From the NCBI GenBank assembly GCA_965215335.1, contig CBDCDA010000001.1, positions 2,071,151 to 2,135,150 of the forward strand: DNA of 64,000 nt, written 5' to 3'. The notes beneath the pieces are model-generated. The model made no database searches. It was not told the origin of the DNA and was given only the letters and a program-made list of their open reading frames with translations. This stretch comes from an uncultured Candidatus Entotheonella sp. GTDB taxonomy: Bacteria > Tectomicrobia > Entotheonellia > Entotheonellales > Entotheonellaceae. Both the position numbers and the translations under genes were made by a program. Below, piece after piece: positions 10,244 through 20,590 of the stretch (its first letter is position 1; each line of letters begins with the position of its first letter).

Positions 10244-10960
10244 TTGCAACCCTCACGACGCGCGTACGGCTCTCGTTCTTGGGTGTGGTGCGTGGTGCTC
10301 GCGGCAATTTTGAGCAGCTGCAATACGGCGCATCAGTACCGCTACGACTACGTGCTGAAGGCTTCTGGCGACCATGCGGAGGGGATCATCGAGGACGACC
10401 AAGTGCAGGTACAAGCGACGCCGACGGCGGTGCCAGGCGTTGTGCAAATGGTGGTAACCAACAAGAGTCTGGAACCCGTGGCGGTGGTGTGGCAGGAGTC
10501 CTACTTCGTCAATCCGCACGGGCACCGGTATCAGGCGGTCAATACGGATCAGAACATCATTCGTGCCCCGGACGCCTCGATGCGCGAAGGCGTGATTGCG
10601 CCAGGCACGACGTGGCGAGGAACTGTGCAACCGGGCGGCACGCCGACGACTCGACCGTTGCAGACCACACCGTCGCGCTACCAGGCCGACCGGCGCCTGC
10701 CGACCGGGATTGACCAGGGCGGCTTGTCGCCCGTGGACCGGCAACTGGTTCTGAACCCGCTCACCGTGACGCTTCACGAGGGCGGCGAAGTGGTGCTCGC
10801 CTCCCCTGCCTCATCCTTCCTTCCCAACGCCGGGAACGCCCCGGCACTGGCCGAAGCGTACCAAGGCCAGGAATTCCACCTCGTGCTGGGTTTGCAAACC
10901 GGCGACGACATCACGCCCTATCGCTTCACCTTCGTCATCACCGACGTTCGGGTACGCTGA
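10244..10960 (+). CDS. Hypothetical lipoprotein
   Basis: GGAGG RBS, TTG start, lipobox VLAAILSS-C. Confidence 0.7.
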   Translation: MQPSRRAYGSRSWVWCVVLAAILSSCNTAHQYRYDYVLKASGDHAEGIIEDDQVQVQATPTAVPGVVQMVVTNKSLEPVAVVWQESYFVNPHGHRYQAVNTDQNIIRAPDASMREGVIAPGTTWRGTVQPGGTPTTRPLQTTPSRYQADRRLPTGIDQGGLSPVDRQLVLNPLTVTLHEGGEVVLASPASSFLPNAGNAPALAEAYQGQEFHLVLGLQTGDDITPYRFTFVITDVRVR

Positions 10961-10991
10961 GACCACTCATCACACCCGGCTCCCGCGGCGA

Positions 10992-11650
10992 TCAGGTGCC
11001 CGCCACTTCGACCAAGGTGTCGGAAAACGTCGGCGCGTTGCCGCAATCCGCGAACGCCGGCGGGTTGATCGCGTTCACCGTGTGCCCTTTGCGGCTGCCC
11101 ATGGCCCAATAGCCCATGGGAGCCACGATGACACCCGGGCGGGCGTCTTCGGTGATCCGCGCCACCGCGTGGAAATCGCCACGGTCGTTAAAGACACGAA
11201 CCTCACCGCCGTCGGTGATGCCCCACTGGCCGGTGTCCGCCGGATTGATCATTGCCATCTGCTCGCCAGCGTGATGCAATTGCGTTCTCAGATTGCCGAA
11301 CGACGAGTTCAGGAAGGCATGGCTCTGCGGAGAACAGGGGCAATACCATGTTGCCGACCTCGGCCATCGAGGACTTGAATTCGAGTTTTCCGGACGGCGT
11401 CGGGAAATTGCCCTCGCGGTGCGGCACGGAGTCGTCCGGCGAGCCGACCTTGAGGCGGGCAAATCCGGTGCAACGTAAACTGTCGAGATCGATGCCTTCG
11501 AGCACCGGATGCTCCAAACTCGGTCGTCGCTATAGACCCGATAGACCCGTTCTTCGTTCGTTGACCTTGACGCAGAGTCCGCCCCGCGTGAACGGGTGAT
11601 CCGGGTTGCCCCGTACGGCAACCGCCTTGCCGTCACGAACGGTGGTCAAC
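10992..11650 (-). pseudogene. Molybdopterin oxidoreductase remnant with large internal deletion
   Basis: N-terminal VRDGKAVAVRGNPDHPFTRGGLCVKV joined within ~150 bp to late segments FPTPSGKLEF and FLNSSF..INPAD..GITDG..VRVFNDRG..NAPTFSDTLVEV; frameshifts. Confidence 0.85.
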
Positions 11651-11665
11651 TCTGAGGCCGCAACC

Positions 11666-13021
11666 CTATACCCCGCGCAACGCCGCCGGAATGGCATCGT
11701 GCAGAATCTCCACGATGCGATCCACCTGCTGCGCGGTAGTCACCAAAGGCGGTGCCAAGCAGACCACCTCGCCTCGCATGCGGGTGAACAGCCCGCGTTG
11801 CACCATCTCCTGGTGCAGGCGCGGCCCCACTTTGGCATCAGCCGGGAACGGCACCTTGGTGGCCTTGTCGGCCACCAGCTCGACCGCAGTCATCAAGCCC
11901 AGGCCGCGCACGTCGCCGACGCCGTCCAGGTCATCCAGCGTGTGCAGTCCTTCGAGCAGGCGATTGCCCATCTCGGCGGCCCGCTGCACCAGCCCCTCGC
12001 GTTCGATGATGTCGACGTTGGCCAACGCCACCGCGCTGCTGGTGGGATGACCGGAGTAGGTGTAGGCGTGCATCCAGCGCCGCGACGGCGGCACGTCGGC
12101 CATGACCTGCTTCACCTTGTCCGACACGCCGATGCCGCCGAGCGGCACGTAGCCGCTGGTGATGCCCTTGGCGAACTGCATGATGTCCGGCTCGATATCC
12201 CAGTGCTCCAGGCCGAACCAGGTGCCGGTGCGTCCGAAGCCGGTGATGACGTCGTCGCAGATCAGCAGAACGTCGTATGTATCGCAGATTTCGCGGATGC
12301 GCGGGAAGTAATCCTCCTGCGGCACGATGACGCCACCGGCGCCCTGAACCGGCTCGGCGATGAACGCCGCAACCGTGTCCGGTCCCTCGCGCAGGACGGC
12401 CTCTTCCAGCAGACTGGCCGCCGCCACGCCGGGGCTGGTGCTGCCGTCGCCGTCTTGGAAGCGATACGGATACGGCGAATCGATCTGCACGAAATTAGGC
12501 ACCAGGGGCTCGAACATGCGCCAGTAGTCCGGGATGCCGGTGGCGCTCATGGCGGCCATGGTGACGCCGTGGTAACCCAGGCGGCGGGAGATGATCTTGA
12601 TTTTGTCCGGCTTGCCCTGCGCCTTCCAGTAAAACCGCGCCGTCTTGAACGAGCTCTCGGTCGATTCGGCGCCGCCGCTGGTAAAGAAGAAGGTGTTGAT
12701 GGAGGGATAGGCCAGGGCGCTGAGGCGCTCCGCCAGCTCGATGGCCGGCAGGTTGCTGGCGCCGGTGTAGGAGGAGCAGTAGGCGAGGGTCTGCATCTGC
12801 TGCATCGCCGCCTCGGCCAGTTCCCGCCTGCCGTGGCCGACGTTGATGTTCCACAACCCGCTGAGGCCGTCGATGAACTCCTCGCCGTGAACGTCCCGCA
12901 TGACGGCGCCGCTGGCTTCGACCCATATCTTCGGCTCCCGATGGTCAGAGGGGTGATACAACGGGTGAATGAGGTGGGCCAAGTCGGATTGCGTGCGCTC
13001 GACCGCCGTGCGTGATGTCAT
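11666..13021 (-). CDS. Class-III PLP aminotransferase (omega-amine/putrescine-pyruvate type)
   Basis: DGLSGLWNINVGHGR, GYHGVT, AEPVQGAGG, LLICDDVITGFGRTG, FAKGITSGYVPLG. Confidence 0.93.
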   Translation of the reverse strand: MTSRTAVERTQSDLAHLIHPLYHPSDHREPKIWVEASGAVMRDVHGEEFIDGLSGLWNINVGHGRRELAEAAMQQMQTLAYCSSYTGASNLPAIELAERLSALAYPSINTFFFTSGGAESTESSFKTARFYWKAQGKPDKIKIISRRLGYHGVTMAAMSATGIPDYWRMFEPLVPNFVQIDSPYPYRFQDGDGSTSPGVAAASLLEEAVLREGPDTVAAFIAEPVQGAGGVIVPQEDYFPRIREICDTYDVLLICDDVITGFGRTGTWFGLEHWDIEPDIMQFAKGITSGYVPLGGIGVSDKVKQVMADVPPSRRWMHAYTYSGHPTSSAVALANVDIIEREGLVQRAAEMGNRLLEGLHTLDDLDGVGDVRGLGLMTAVELVADKATKVPFPADAKVGPRLHQEMVQRGLFTRMRGEVVCLAPPLVTTAQQVDRIVEILHDAIPAALRGV

Positions 13022-13223
13022 CTTGCTGTCCCCCGCAAAAGAGTAGGAATGCCCCGGCTGCACGGCGTCCGGTTGTACAGAAGCCCCGTGTCGATGTCAA
13101 GGCGACCGGCGGGCCGCGCCGCGGCTTGCTTCAGGCGTGCTCTGCTGTTTACAATGCCGTCCTGGTTGTCTGTCCGGACTGACGTGTCCTCGCCTGCCCG
13201 TCGCGCCCTAGAAAGGAAACCCA

Positions 13224-13853
13224 GTGGGACTGGAAACGATCTTTGGGAGCGGATTCATCACTTCGCAGCTCAACAAAATCATCAACTGGGGTCGCAAGAA
13301 CTCCTTCTTTCCCCTGCCCTTCGTGACCGCCTGCTGCGGCATGGAATTCATGGCCACCTGGGGGTCACATTACGATGTTGCCCGCTTCGGCGCGGAACTG
13401 CCGCGATTTTCGCCCCGGCAATCGGACCTGCTCATGGTGGTCGGCACGATCAATCACAAGATCGCCCCGGTCCTCAAGCGCGTCTATGATCAGATGTGCG
13501 AGCCGAAGTGGGTGATCGCCTTCGGGGCCTGCGCGTCGTCGGGGGGGTTTTACCGGAATTACGCCACCGTGCAGGGCATCGACCGCATCATTCCGGTGGA
13601 CGTGTACATCGCCGGTTGCCCGCCGCGACCTGAGGCGGTACTGGAGGGGCTCATGCTGCTGCAGAAGAAGGTCGAGGGCGAGGACGTTCTCAATCGCGGC
13701 GCTCCCGTCATGGTAAACGGCCAGCCCTATTCCGACGACCGCCTGGTGCACGTCGAGCCGCCCGTGGACCGCCGGGCCGACCCCGTCGTGGCGTCGCACG
13801 AGGGGCCGGGCGTGCACCCCTGGCAGGGCTTTGAACAAACCGAGCGCCGCTGA
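13224..13853 (+). CDS. nuoB: NADH-quinone oxidoreductase subunit B (stand-alone)
   Basis: TACCGMEFM, SPRQSDL, YDQMCEPKWVIAFGACASSGG, PVDVYIAGCPPRPEA. Confidence 0.93.
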   Translation: MGLETIFGSGFITSQLNKIINWGRKNSFFPLPFVTACCGMEFMATWGSHYDVARFGAELPRFSPRQSDLLMVVGTINHKIAPVLKRVYDQMCEPKWVIAFGACASSGGFYRNYATVQGIDRIIPVDVYIAGCPPRPEAVLEGLMLLQKKVEGEDVLNRGAPVMVNGQPYSDDRLVHVEPPVDRRADPVVASHEGPGVHPWQGFEQTERR

Positions 13854-13877
13854 TCCAATCAGCCGCCGGCGCCGGCT

Positions 13878-14777
13878 TCAATTGTCCGTTGGCGGTCGGC
13901 GCACCTGCATTCCCAGGTTATCTTCCAATACCTGCATCATGCCGCTCAGATCGTTCCCGCCGCGGCCGTTGGCGCGTGCCTGACGCATCAGGTTGATGCA
14001 CACGCTGCCCATCACCAACGGCACCGACAACTCATCGCCGAGTTCCAGGGCCAAACGCAAATCCTTGTGCGCCAGGTCGATGGTGAAGCCGGGCGCGAAA
14101 TCACCCGCGAATATCTTGTGGGGAAACTGCCGCATGGCCCAGCTGGCGCCGCTGCTGGACTGGACGATGTCGTGCAGAATCTGCGGCTCCACACCCGCCT
14201 TGACGCCCAGCAGCATGCCTTCGAACGCCGCCATGGAGTTAACAAAGGCCAGCATGTTGTTGACCACCTTGGCCACGCAGCCGCTGCCGCTGTCGCCCAC
14301 CCGGAAAACATTGGCGCCGATGTGCTGCAGCAGGGGCCGGACGGTTTCAAAGGCGTTGGCGTCGCCGCCCACCATGACGGCCAAGGTCGCTTGCTCGGCG
14401 CCCACCACGCCACCGCTCACCGGCGCATCCAGCATCGTGACGCCCTTGGCTGCCAGCGTGGCGCATAGCCGTTGCGCCACGGTCGGGGAATTGGTGCTCA
14501 GATCGACGTAAATCAGGCCCGGGTGCGCGGCGCCGGCAATGCCGTCGGTCCCCAGCGCCACCTGCTCGATTTCGCGCGGCCCCGGCAGCGAACTGAACAC
14601 GACGTCACACGCCAGCGCCACCGCCTTGGGACTGTTGGCCTGCCGGGCTCCCAGGCTTACCATGCGCGCCAGGTTCGACGGTTGCACGTCGAATACCAGC
14701 ACGTCATGGCCGGCCTCAATCAGGTGGCGACACATCGGCGTGCCAATGTTCCCGACCCCGATAAATCCAAGTTGCAT
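13878..14777 (-). CDS. NAD(P)-dependent beta-hydroxyacid dehydrogenase (3-hydroxyisobutyrate/tartronate-semialdehyde family)
   Basis: GFIGVGNIG, LDAPVSGG, GCVAKVVNN, KDLRLA. Confidence 0.92.
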   Translation of the reverse strand: MQLGFIGVGNIGTPMCRHLIEAGHDVLVFDVQPSNLARMVSLGARQANSPKAVALACDVVFSSLPGPREIEQVALGTDGIAGAAHPGLIYVDLSTNSPTVAQRLCATLAAKGVTMLDAPVSGGVVGAEQATLAVMVGGDANAFETVRPLLQHIGANVFRVGDSGSGCVAKVVNNMLAFVNSMAAFEGMLLGVKAGVEPQILHDIVQSSSGASWAMRQFPHKIFAGDFAPGFTIDLAHKDLRLALELGDELSVPLVMGSVCINLMRQARANGRGGNDLSGMMQVLEDNLGMQVRRPPTDN

Positions 14778-14996
14778 CACGATTCCCCTCTCGCAGGTAG
14801 GATTTCCCGGTCCATCCGGCACCGTATGCTTTCATGAAGACGCCCATCGTACACACGCTGAAAGGCGCGCTCAAGACTGCACGGGCCGCGTTACGGCGCG
14901 GCCAAGAGCGGCTTGACCACGCCCATGCCCCTTGCTAGAGTGAATCGTGACTTCAGCTGCCAGCCTGTCCCCCTCTAACCGAATCAGGGACGATTC

Positions 14997-15470
14997 ATGA
15001 GCACGCTCCCAGCCAGCAAAGAAGCGACCATCCTCAAGCTGCTGGCAGAGGGAGACACCATGCTGTGCCTCGACGCACGTCATCCCGGCGCCTGCGTTCC
15101 GCCGCACCAGGCCCAAAACCCGGCCCTACGCCTGATCCTCAATCGCAACTTTCCCCACCCCATCGACGTGACTGCCGAGGGTATCAGCGTCAACTTGTCG
15201 TTCGGTGGGCGACGGTTCGATTGCTACGTCCCGATGGACGCGCTGTGGGCGGCATTCAATCCGCACACCATGGAGGGCGCCCTGTGGCAGGCGAACGCCG
15301 TGCCCGCAGTGCTGGAGAATCTCAAGGCTCGGTTGCAAGTGGAGTCAGCCGCCGAGCACGCTCCCGACGCGGCACGCGAGACCGGGCCAAAAGCGGTGCC
15401 GCGTACCAACGGCGAGACACCAGCCGCCAAAACGCCGCGCAAACGGGGCCATTTGCGTTTGGTGAAGTAA
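14997..15470 (+). CDS. sspB: ClpXP adaptor SspB-like protein
   Basis: LDARHPGACVP, ISVNLSFGG..CYVP, disordered tail ending in ClpX-binding HLRLVK. Confidence 0.75.
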   Translation: MSTLPASKEATILKLLAEGDTMLCLDARHPGACVPPHQAQNPALRLILNRNFPHPIDVTAEGISVNLSFGGRRFDCYVPMDALWAAFNPHTMEGALWQANAVPAVLENLKARLQVESAAEHAPDAARETGPKAVPRTNGETPAAKTPRKRGHLRLVK

Positions 15471-15599
15471 CCTGGCCCCCGCCCCACCGGACGCGAAACC
15501 ACACCAATGTTGATCAGGAGAGAATGACAAAGGGGCTTGACGGTCGGAGCGACCGTCAAGCGAAAGGGATGGGCCAAGCAGCACGACCCCGCAGGGCGC

Positions 15600-16079
15600 T
15601 TATCTCTTGAACCGCTCCTCTTTGGGCTTGCGGAACGGCTTGTGGCAATTGCCGCAGGCTTTGCCGACATTTTTCACTTGTGCGCCGATGGCCGCCATGT
15701 CGCCGGCGGAGGCGATGTCTGCCAACTTGGCGCTTTCTTCCTGGAGACCCTGCGCCGCGGCCACGAACTTGTCCCAGTCCTGCCAGACTTCGGGCTTGGC
15801 ATCGGTGCGCCCCTCGGTGATCTCTTTCTCGAATGCCTCGCTAACCACCGAACTCATGCGCGAGATGTCACTGGCATGCACCCCGATATGGCCTGCAAAA
15901 GGCAGCCTGTGCTTCAGAATGTCGGCAATCGCCCCCATGCTGGCCCCCATGGCCTTCATGATCTTCTGCCGATAGCCCAAGTAATGCTCATCGTTCTGCG
16001 CCTGCGCGCCGGTCAGCATGAGAACCAACCCGAGCATGCCAACCAACAGGGCCATCAGCGTAGGTTGCATACGTTTCAT
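15600..16079 (-). CDS. Cytochrome c' / c556 (class II)
   Basis: Signal peptide, YRQKIMKAM, AKPEVWQDWDKF, C-terminal CGNCH heme motif; GGAGGAG RBS. Confidence 0.93.
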   Translation of the reverse strand: MKRMQPTLMALLVGMLGLVLMLTGAQAQNDEHYLGYRQKIMKAMGASMGAIADILKHRLPFAGHIGVHASDISRMSSVVSEAFEKEITEGRTDAKPEVWQDWDKFVAAAQGLQEESAKLADIASAGDMAAIGAQVKNVGKACGNCHKPFRKPKEERFKR

Positions 16080-16437
16080 GATCTCCTCCCCTGTGATGCG
16101 ATGGACGTGCCAGCCGTGTTCTGTTGAGCCTTCCCCAACCCCAGGGCACCGTGCTGCTTGCGGCGGAAAGTAGCACCCCCGGCTTTTTCATGTCAAGCAA
16201 CGACAAGGGGCTGGGGGCGAGCTGAAACGGCTTGGCAACGAGGGGGCCAAAATATCGCCCGAAGCGCGCTGGCATCCCTTTACGAGCGGGCATTGACCGC
16301 TGGACGCCGATGCAGGGGCTTTACAGGCGTGATATACTTCCCGTCCGTCGTGGTTGGCGATCTGTAGCAGCCGGAACCGCGGCCCCACAGAGCCACGACT
16401 CGACCTATCACTCGCATGATAGGAGGCGACAGGACAC

Positions 16438-17172
16438 ATGGCTTCATACTTTGGTGCCGGCTTGCAAAACGTCATTCCGATGCTCGCAGGTCTCGGTACG
16501 ATTGTGCAGCTCCTTGTTCTGGGTTCCCTTGTTCTCGCCTCTGTCGTCTGCTGGGCTATCATCCTCGACAAGTCGCGTCAGTTCCGCCGCGTGCAACGGT
16601 ATGACCGGCGTTTTCGGCGCGCCTTTCAATCGGCGCAGGATTTTGCCTTCATGGCAGCCGCGGCGCGGCGTTTCTCGCAGTCGCCGATGGCACGGCTATT
16701 GCGTACCGCGCATCGGTATGCCGAGGTATCAAGCAACGGCAACGCGCCCGGCCTCTCCGGGAGGGGCCTGGACCGCTTGCGCCAAACGCTCGACGCACGG
16801 TTGGCGGTCGAAGCGGGCGAGCTCGAGGTCGGCTTGCCTTTTCTGGCCACAACCGCCAGCGTCACGCCTTTCATCGGTCTCCTGGGCACCGTATGGGGTA
16901 TTATCCAGTCGTTTCACGCCGTTGGCCAGGGCGGCAGCGCCTCGCTTGTCGTGGTGGGTCCTGGCATTTCCGAGGCGCTGGTGGCGACCGCCGCCGGCTT
17001 GGCTGCGGCCATCCCCGCCGTTATCGCATACAACTATTTCCTCAACCGTCTGCACCGGATGGAAAGCGACATGCAGGGCTTCATCGAGGAACTTCTGCAG
17101 ATGTTCGAGGCGGTTGCAATGCCAGAGTCAGAGATGCCGACGGCCGGAAGTCACGCGCCGTTGCGGCATTGA
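16438..17172 (+). CDS. tolQ: TolQ (MotA/TolQ/ExbB)
   Basis: LATTASVTPFIGLLGTVWGI, PGISEALVATAAGL..AIPAVIAYN. Confidence 0.93.
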   Translation: MASYFGAGLQNVIPMLAGLGTIVQLLVLGSLVLASVVCWAIILDKSRQFRRVQRYDRRFRRAFQSAQDFAFMAAAARRFSQSPMARLLRTAHRYAEVSSNGNAPGLSGRGLDRLRQTLDARLAVEAGELEVGLPFLATTASVTPFIGLLGTVWGIIQSFHAVGQGGSASLVVVGPGISEALVATAAGLAAAIPAVIAYNYFLNRLHRMESDMQGFIEELLQMFEAVAMPESEMPTAGSHAPLRH

Positions 17173-17185
17173 TGAAGGATCCACC

Positions 17186-17602
17186 ATGGTAAGCGGTCAA
17201 TCATCCCGTCGCGCGGCCCTTGCCGAAATCAATGTGACGCCGTTGGTTGACGTCATGCTGGTGCTGCTGATCATTTTCATGATTACGGCGCCCATGTTGC
17301 AGCACGAGGTGGAAGTCAATCTGCCGGAAGTCACCAACAAGCCCCGGACGCAATCAGAGGAGCAACTCATCCTCACCATCACCAAGGAAGGAAGCGTTTT
17401 TCTCAACCGCACGGCCTATACCCTGGAGGCGTTGCGTCCGCAGCTGCAAATCCTTTCGCGGGCGCAGCCTGACCAGGGATTGTTTCTGCGCGCCGATGCC
17501 GAGGTGCCGTACGGCAGGGTCGTCCAGGTCATGGACGCGGCCAAGAAAGCTGGCATCCTCAGGCTGGGGATGATTACACAACCTGAGCCGGGTACGCGAT
17601 GA
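17186..17602 (+). CDS. tolR: TolR
   Basis: AEINVTPLVDVMLVLLIIFMITAP, LRADAEVPYGRVV. Confidence 0.93.
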   Translation: MVSGQSSRRAALAEINVTPLVDVMLVLLIIFMITAPMLQHEVEVNLPEVTNKPRTQSEEQLILTITKEGSVFLNRTAYTLEALRPQLQILSRAQPDQGLFLRADAEVPYGRVVQVMDAAKKAGILRLGMITQPEPGTR

Positions 17603-18609
17603 AAGCCGTCCAAGTCTCATATCAACTGGGCCATGCCAGCCAAACGCTGTTCGCAACCTCCTTCGGCGTGTCTGTGCTGATCCACGGCCTGGTGATAGGG
17701 TGGATGCTCGGTGGCAGCGGCTCGTCACGCTCGCTGCTCTCCGGTGTGCCGTCGTTTCATACGGTCTCCCTGATTGATACACCCGGCCCTGTCCTGCTTC
17801 CCGAATCCGAACCGAGCATCCCGGAACCGCAGCCGCAGGCCATTGCCGAGCCGGCGGCCATTCCCGAGGCCATGAGCGCCGCGACGGTGCAGAAGGCTGT
17901 GCCGGAGACCGCGGTTCCACCTCCGCAAGCAAAGCAAGTGACGGAAATCCCCGACGCGTCCGTCGAACCTCCGGCGCCAGCGGCCAAACCCGCGCCCATT
18001 GACAAACCGGAGACGTCATCAGTAGTCGAAACACGGGTCAGGAAGCCTGCACCGGTCAAAGCATCGGTCAAGAAACCAACACCAACCAAAACATCCGCCA
18101 GGAAGCCAGATCCGGCGGCCCCCAAGGTCGCTGCCGTGCAACCCAAGGCAGCGCCAGTGCCCAAGCCTGCCGCAAAGCCAAAACCGGCCAGCAGGAACTC
18201 ACCGCAGGCAGCGGCTCGCGCTCAACAGACCATCGCGGCCATGCGACGAGCCCAGGCGCGCGTTCAAGGGGCGAGCACAAACCAGGCGCGCGGCGACATT
18301 GCCGCCCGCATGCAAAACGTACAGCTTCAGGCTTATCAAGGACGTGTGCGAGCGCGTATCATCAACGCGTGGCGTTTGCCAATGATGAAAAAGACCGCGC
18401 AGGCGCTCCGGGCCGTTGCGTTGCTGACCATTGACCGTGAGGGACAAGTAATTCGATACCAGCTGATCAGGTCATCCGGCAGCCAGCCGTTCGATGCCTC
18501 CCTGCAACGGGCCGTGCAAGCTTCGTCGCCTCTGCCGCCGTTTCCGGAGACGTTTCCGGGAGAAATCCTGGAAGCCGAGATTCACTTCACACCACCAGCA
18601 TCGTCGTGA
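17599..18609 (+). CDS. tolA: TolA/TonB-family protein
   Basis: N-terminal TM with SVLIH, Pro/Ala/Lys-rich linker, TonB_C-like end (SSGSQPFDASLQRAV..SPLPP); position in tol operon. Confidence 0.85.
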   Translation: MKAVQVSYQLGHASQTLFATSFGVSVLIHGLVIGWMLGGSGSSRSLLSGVPSFHTVSLIDTPGPVLLPESEPSIPEPQPQAIAEPAAIPEAMSAATVQKAVPETAVPPPQAKQVTEIPDASVEPPAPAAKPAPIDKPETSSVVETRVRKPAPVKASVKKPTPTKTSARKPDPAAPKVAAVQPKAAPVPKPAAKPKPASRNSPQAAARAQQTIAAMRRAQARVQGASTNQARGDIAARMQNVQLQAYQGRVRARIINAWRLPMMKKTAQALRAVALLTIDREGQVIRYQLIRSSGSQPFDASLQRAVQASSPLPPFPETFPGEILEAEIHFTPPASS

Positions 18610-19937
18610 GGACAACCATGCGGATCGCGTCTCGCAAACGTGGTATTCTGGCCTTGGCGCTCGTGTTGTGCTGGGTTGTTCACCCATCGTCACAGGAGCG
18701 GATTCGCATCGACATCAATCAAGTCGGCGGCTATCTCCTTCCCATTGCGCTTCCAGAACTCAGAGGGGAGACAGCGGACCCGGCGCTGGGACAGCAAATC
18801 CGTACCGTGATGCAGCGCGACCTCGAACGCACCGGGCTATTCCGCATCCTTGAGTCAACCGGCAGCGGCGTCCGAACGATCAAGACGCTACCCTATGGTG
18901 ACTGGTCGAGGCTGGGGGCCGTGGGCGTCGTCGCCGGCCAACTCGACTTGTCCCAGGGTCGGACGCCGCTTACCTTGCAGCTCACGCTCCACGACGTCGC
19001 CCGACAATTGATGCTGTTCGGCAAGGTGTACCAGGGCTCCCGCGAAGGGTACCGGCGCATGGCGCATCGCTTCAGCGACCAGGTTCTCCAGGTCTTCACT
19101 GGCGAGCCAGGCCCGTTCGACACCCAGGTCATGTGTGTCAGGCCCGTGCCGGACAGCAAGGCCACCGAGATCGTGCGCATGGACTACGACGGCCATGGCG
19201 TGCAGCGCCTCGTCGCCAACGGCGCCTTGAACCTGGCCCCTGTCCTGTCGCCCGACGGCAGCGTATTGGCGTACACCTCGTACCGCGCTGGCTCGCCGGA
19301 CATATACCTGCTACACCTGCGCGACAACCAGGAGGAACGCCTGACGAGCGAGCCGGGCCTGGCGCTGACGGGATCCTGGTCACCGGACGGACGCTACCTG
19401 GCCTTGAGCCGGACGATCAACAGCAACAACGACATTTTCCTCTACGACACCCGGCGCCGGCGTTTCAAGAGACTGACCAACAATCCGGGCATTGACGTGT
19501 CCCCCAGTTTCGCATCGGACGGCCACCGCATGGTCTTTACCTCGGACCGCAGCGGTTCGCCGCAACTCTATCTCACCAGCGTGAAGGGAGGCAGACCTGC
19601 TCGTCTGACATTTGAAGGGACCTACAATACCGCTCCGGCGTGGTCGCCGCGGGACGATACCATCGCTTTTGTGGGGCGCGGCGAGGATCGCATGATGGCC
19701 ATTTACACGATCCATGCCGAAAGTCGCCAACGTCAACGCTTGGGCTTCGGAAGCCATCAGTACGAGGCCCCGACTTGGGACCCGCACGGCCGTTTTCTGA
19801 TGCACACCAGCAGGGTCGGGGATGTGTGGCAACGCTACATGGTGCGCCAGGATGGTCATGATCAAATACTTCCTGCCGCCAATGGGCTTGCCTGTCTATC
19901 ACCCCAGTGGGTGGCGCGTGCAAAATCATCGTCCTAA
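18606..19937 (+). CDS. tolB: TolB periplasmic beta-propeller
   Basis: AHRFSD, MDYDG, PD40 repeats (SPDG, PSF, PAWSP), FTSDRSGSPQLY. Confidence 0.92.
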   Translation: MRTTMRIASRKRGILALALVLCWVVHPSSQERIRIDINQVGGYLLPIALPELRGETADPALGQQIRTVMQRDLERTGLFRILESTGSGVRTIKTLPYGDWSRLGAVGVVAGQLDLSQGRTPLTLQLTLHDVARQLMLFGKVYQGSREGYRRMAHRFSDQVLQVFTGEPGPFDTQVMCVRPVPDSKATEIVRMDYDGHGVQRLVANGALNLAPVLSPDGSVLAYTSYRAGSPDIYLLHLRDNQEERLTSEPGLALTGSWSPDGRYLALSRTINSNNDIFLYDTRRRRFKRLTNNPGIDVSPSFASDGHRMVFTSDRSGSPQLYLTSVKGGRPARLTFEGTYNTAPAWSPRDDTIAFVGRGEDRMMAIYTIHAESRQRQRLGFGSHQYEAPTWDPHGRFLMHTSRVGDVWQRYMVRQDGHDQILPAANGLACLSPQWVARAKSSS

Positions 19938-19957
19938 ACCGTATAGGAGAGCCCGTC

Positions 19958-20578
19958 ATGGTCTTTCAATTGTTGCGAATCACGGTGATTGTTTTTCTGG
20001 CGACGATCCTTTTAGCGGGCTGTGGGCGCCAAGCCAGTTCGGTGACGCCGGAAACTGCCCCCACCGACATGACGGCCCCGCCCGAGGAGACCGACGCCGA
20101 AACGGGCATGCCGATGGCGTTGGGTGATGAGGAAGCGATTGCGGAAGGCGACATTTTGGCCGAGCGTGCCATGGTGGCCGAGGAGCAGGCTCGTCAGGCC
20201 GAAGAACTGCGTCAGGCCGAAATGGCTCAGATGGCTGAGGCGGCTTTCGTAAACGAGGACATCCATTTTGCTTTCGACAGCTTTCTGATCGACGCCGAGG
20301 CCCAAGCCATTCTCGAGCAGAAGGCCGCGTGGCTGCAGGACAATGCCAACGTCAGCGTGCAAATCGAGGGGCACTGCGATGAGCGCGGCACCAGCGCCTA
20401 CAACCTTGCTCTCGGCGAACGCCGGGCCAATGCTGTGCAGCAGTACCTGACGGTGCTGGGCATTGACGCCGCCCGCATCTCGACCATCAGTTATGGCGAG
20501 GAACGACCCCTGGATCCCGGCCATGACGATGCGGCGTGGAGCCGTAACCGGCGGGCTCACTTCGTCATCCTTCCATAA
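19958..20578 (+). CDS. pal: Peptidoglycan-associated lipoprotein
   Basis: Lipobox LLAG-C; IHFAFD, IEGHCDERGTSAYNLALGERRA, SYGEERP, NRRAHF. Confidence 0.96.
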   Translation: MVFQLLRITVIVFLATILLAGCGRQASSVTPETAPTDMTAPPEETDAETGMPMALGDEEAIAEGDILAERAMVAEEQARQAEELRQAEMAQMAEAAFVNEDIHFAFDSFLIDAEAQAILEQKAAWLQDNANVSVQIEGHCDERGTSAYNLALGERRANAVQQYLTVLGIDAARISTISYGEERPLDPGHDDAAWSRNRRAHFVILP

Positions 20579-20590
20579 AGAGGTGCGCGT

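Noticed and set aside
16232..17185. Long N-terminal extension of TolR in the ORF track (456 aa)
   Set aside because: Overlaps tolQ in another frame; true start is ATG 17186 after AAGGA
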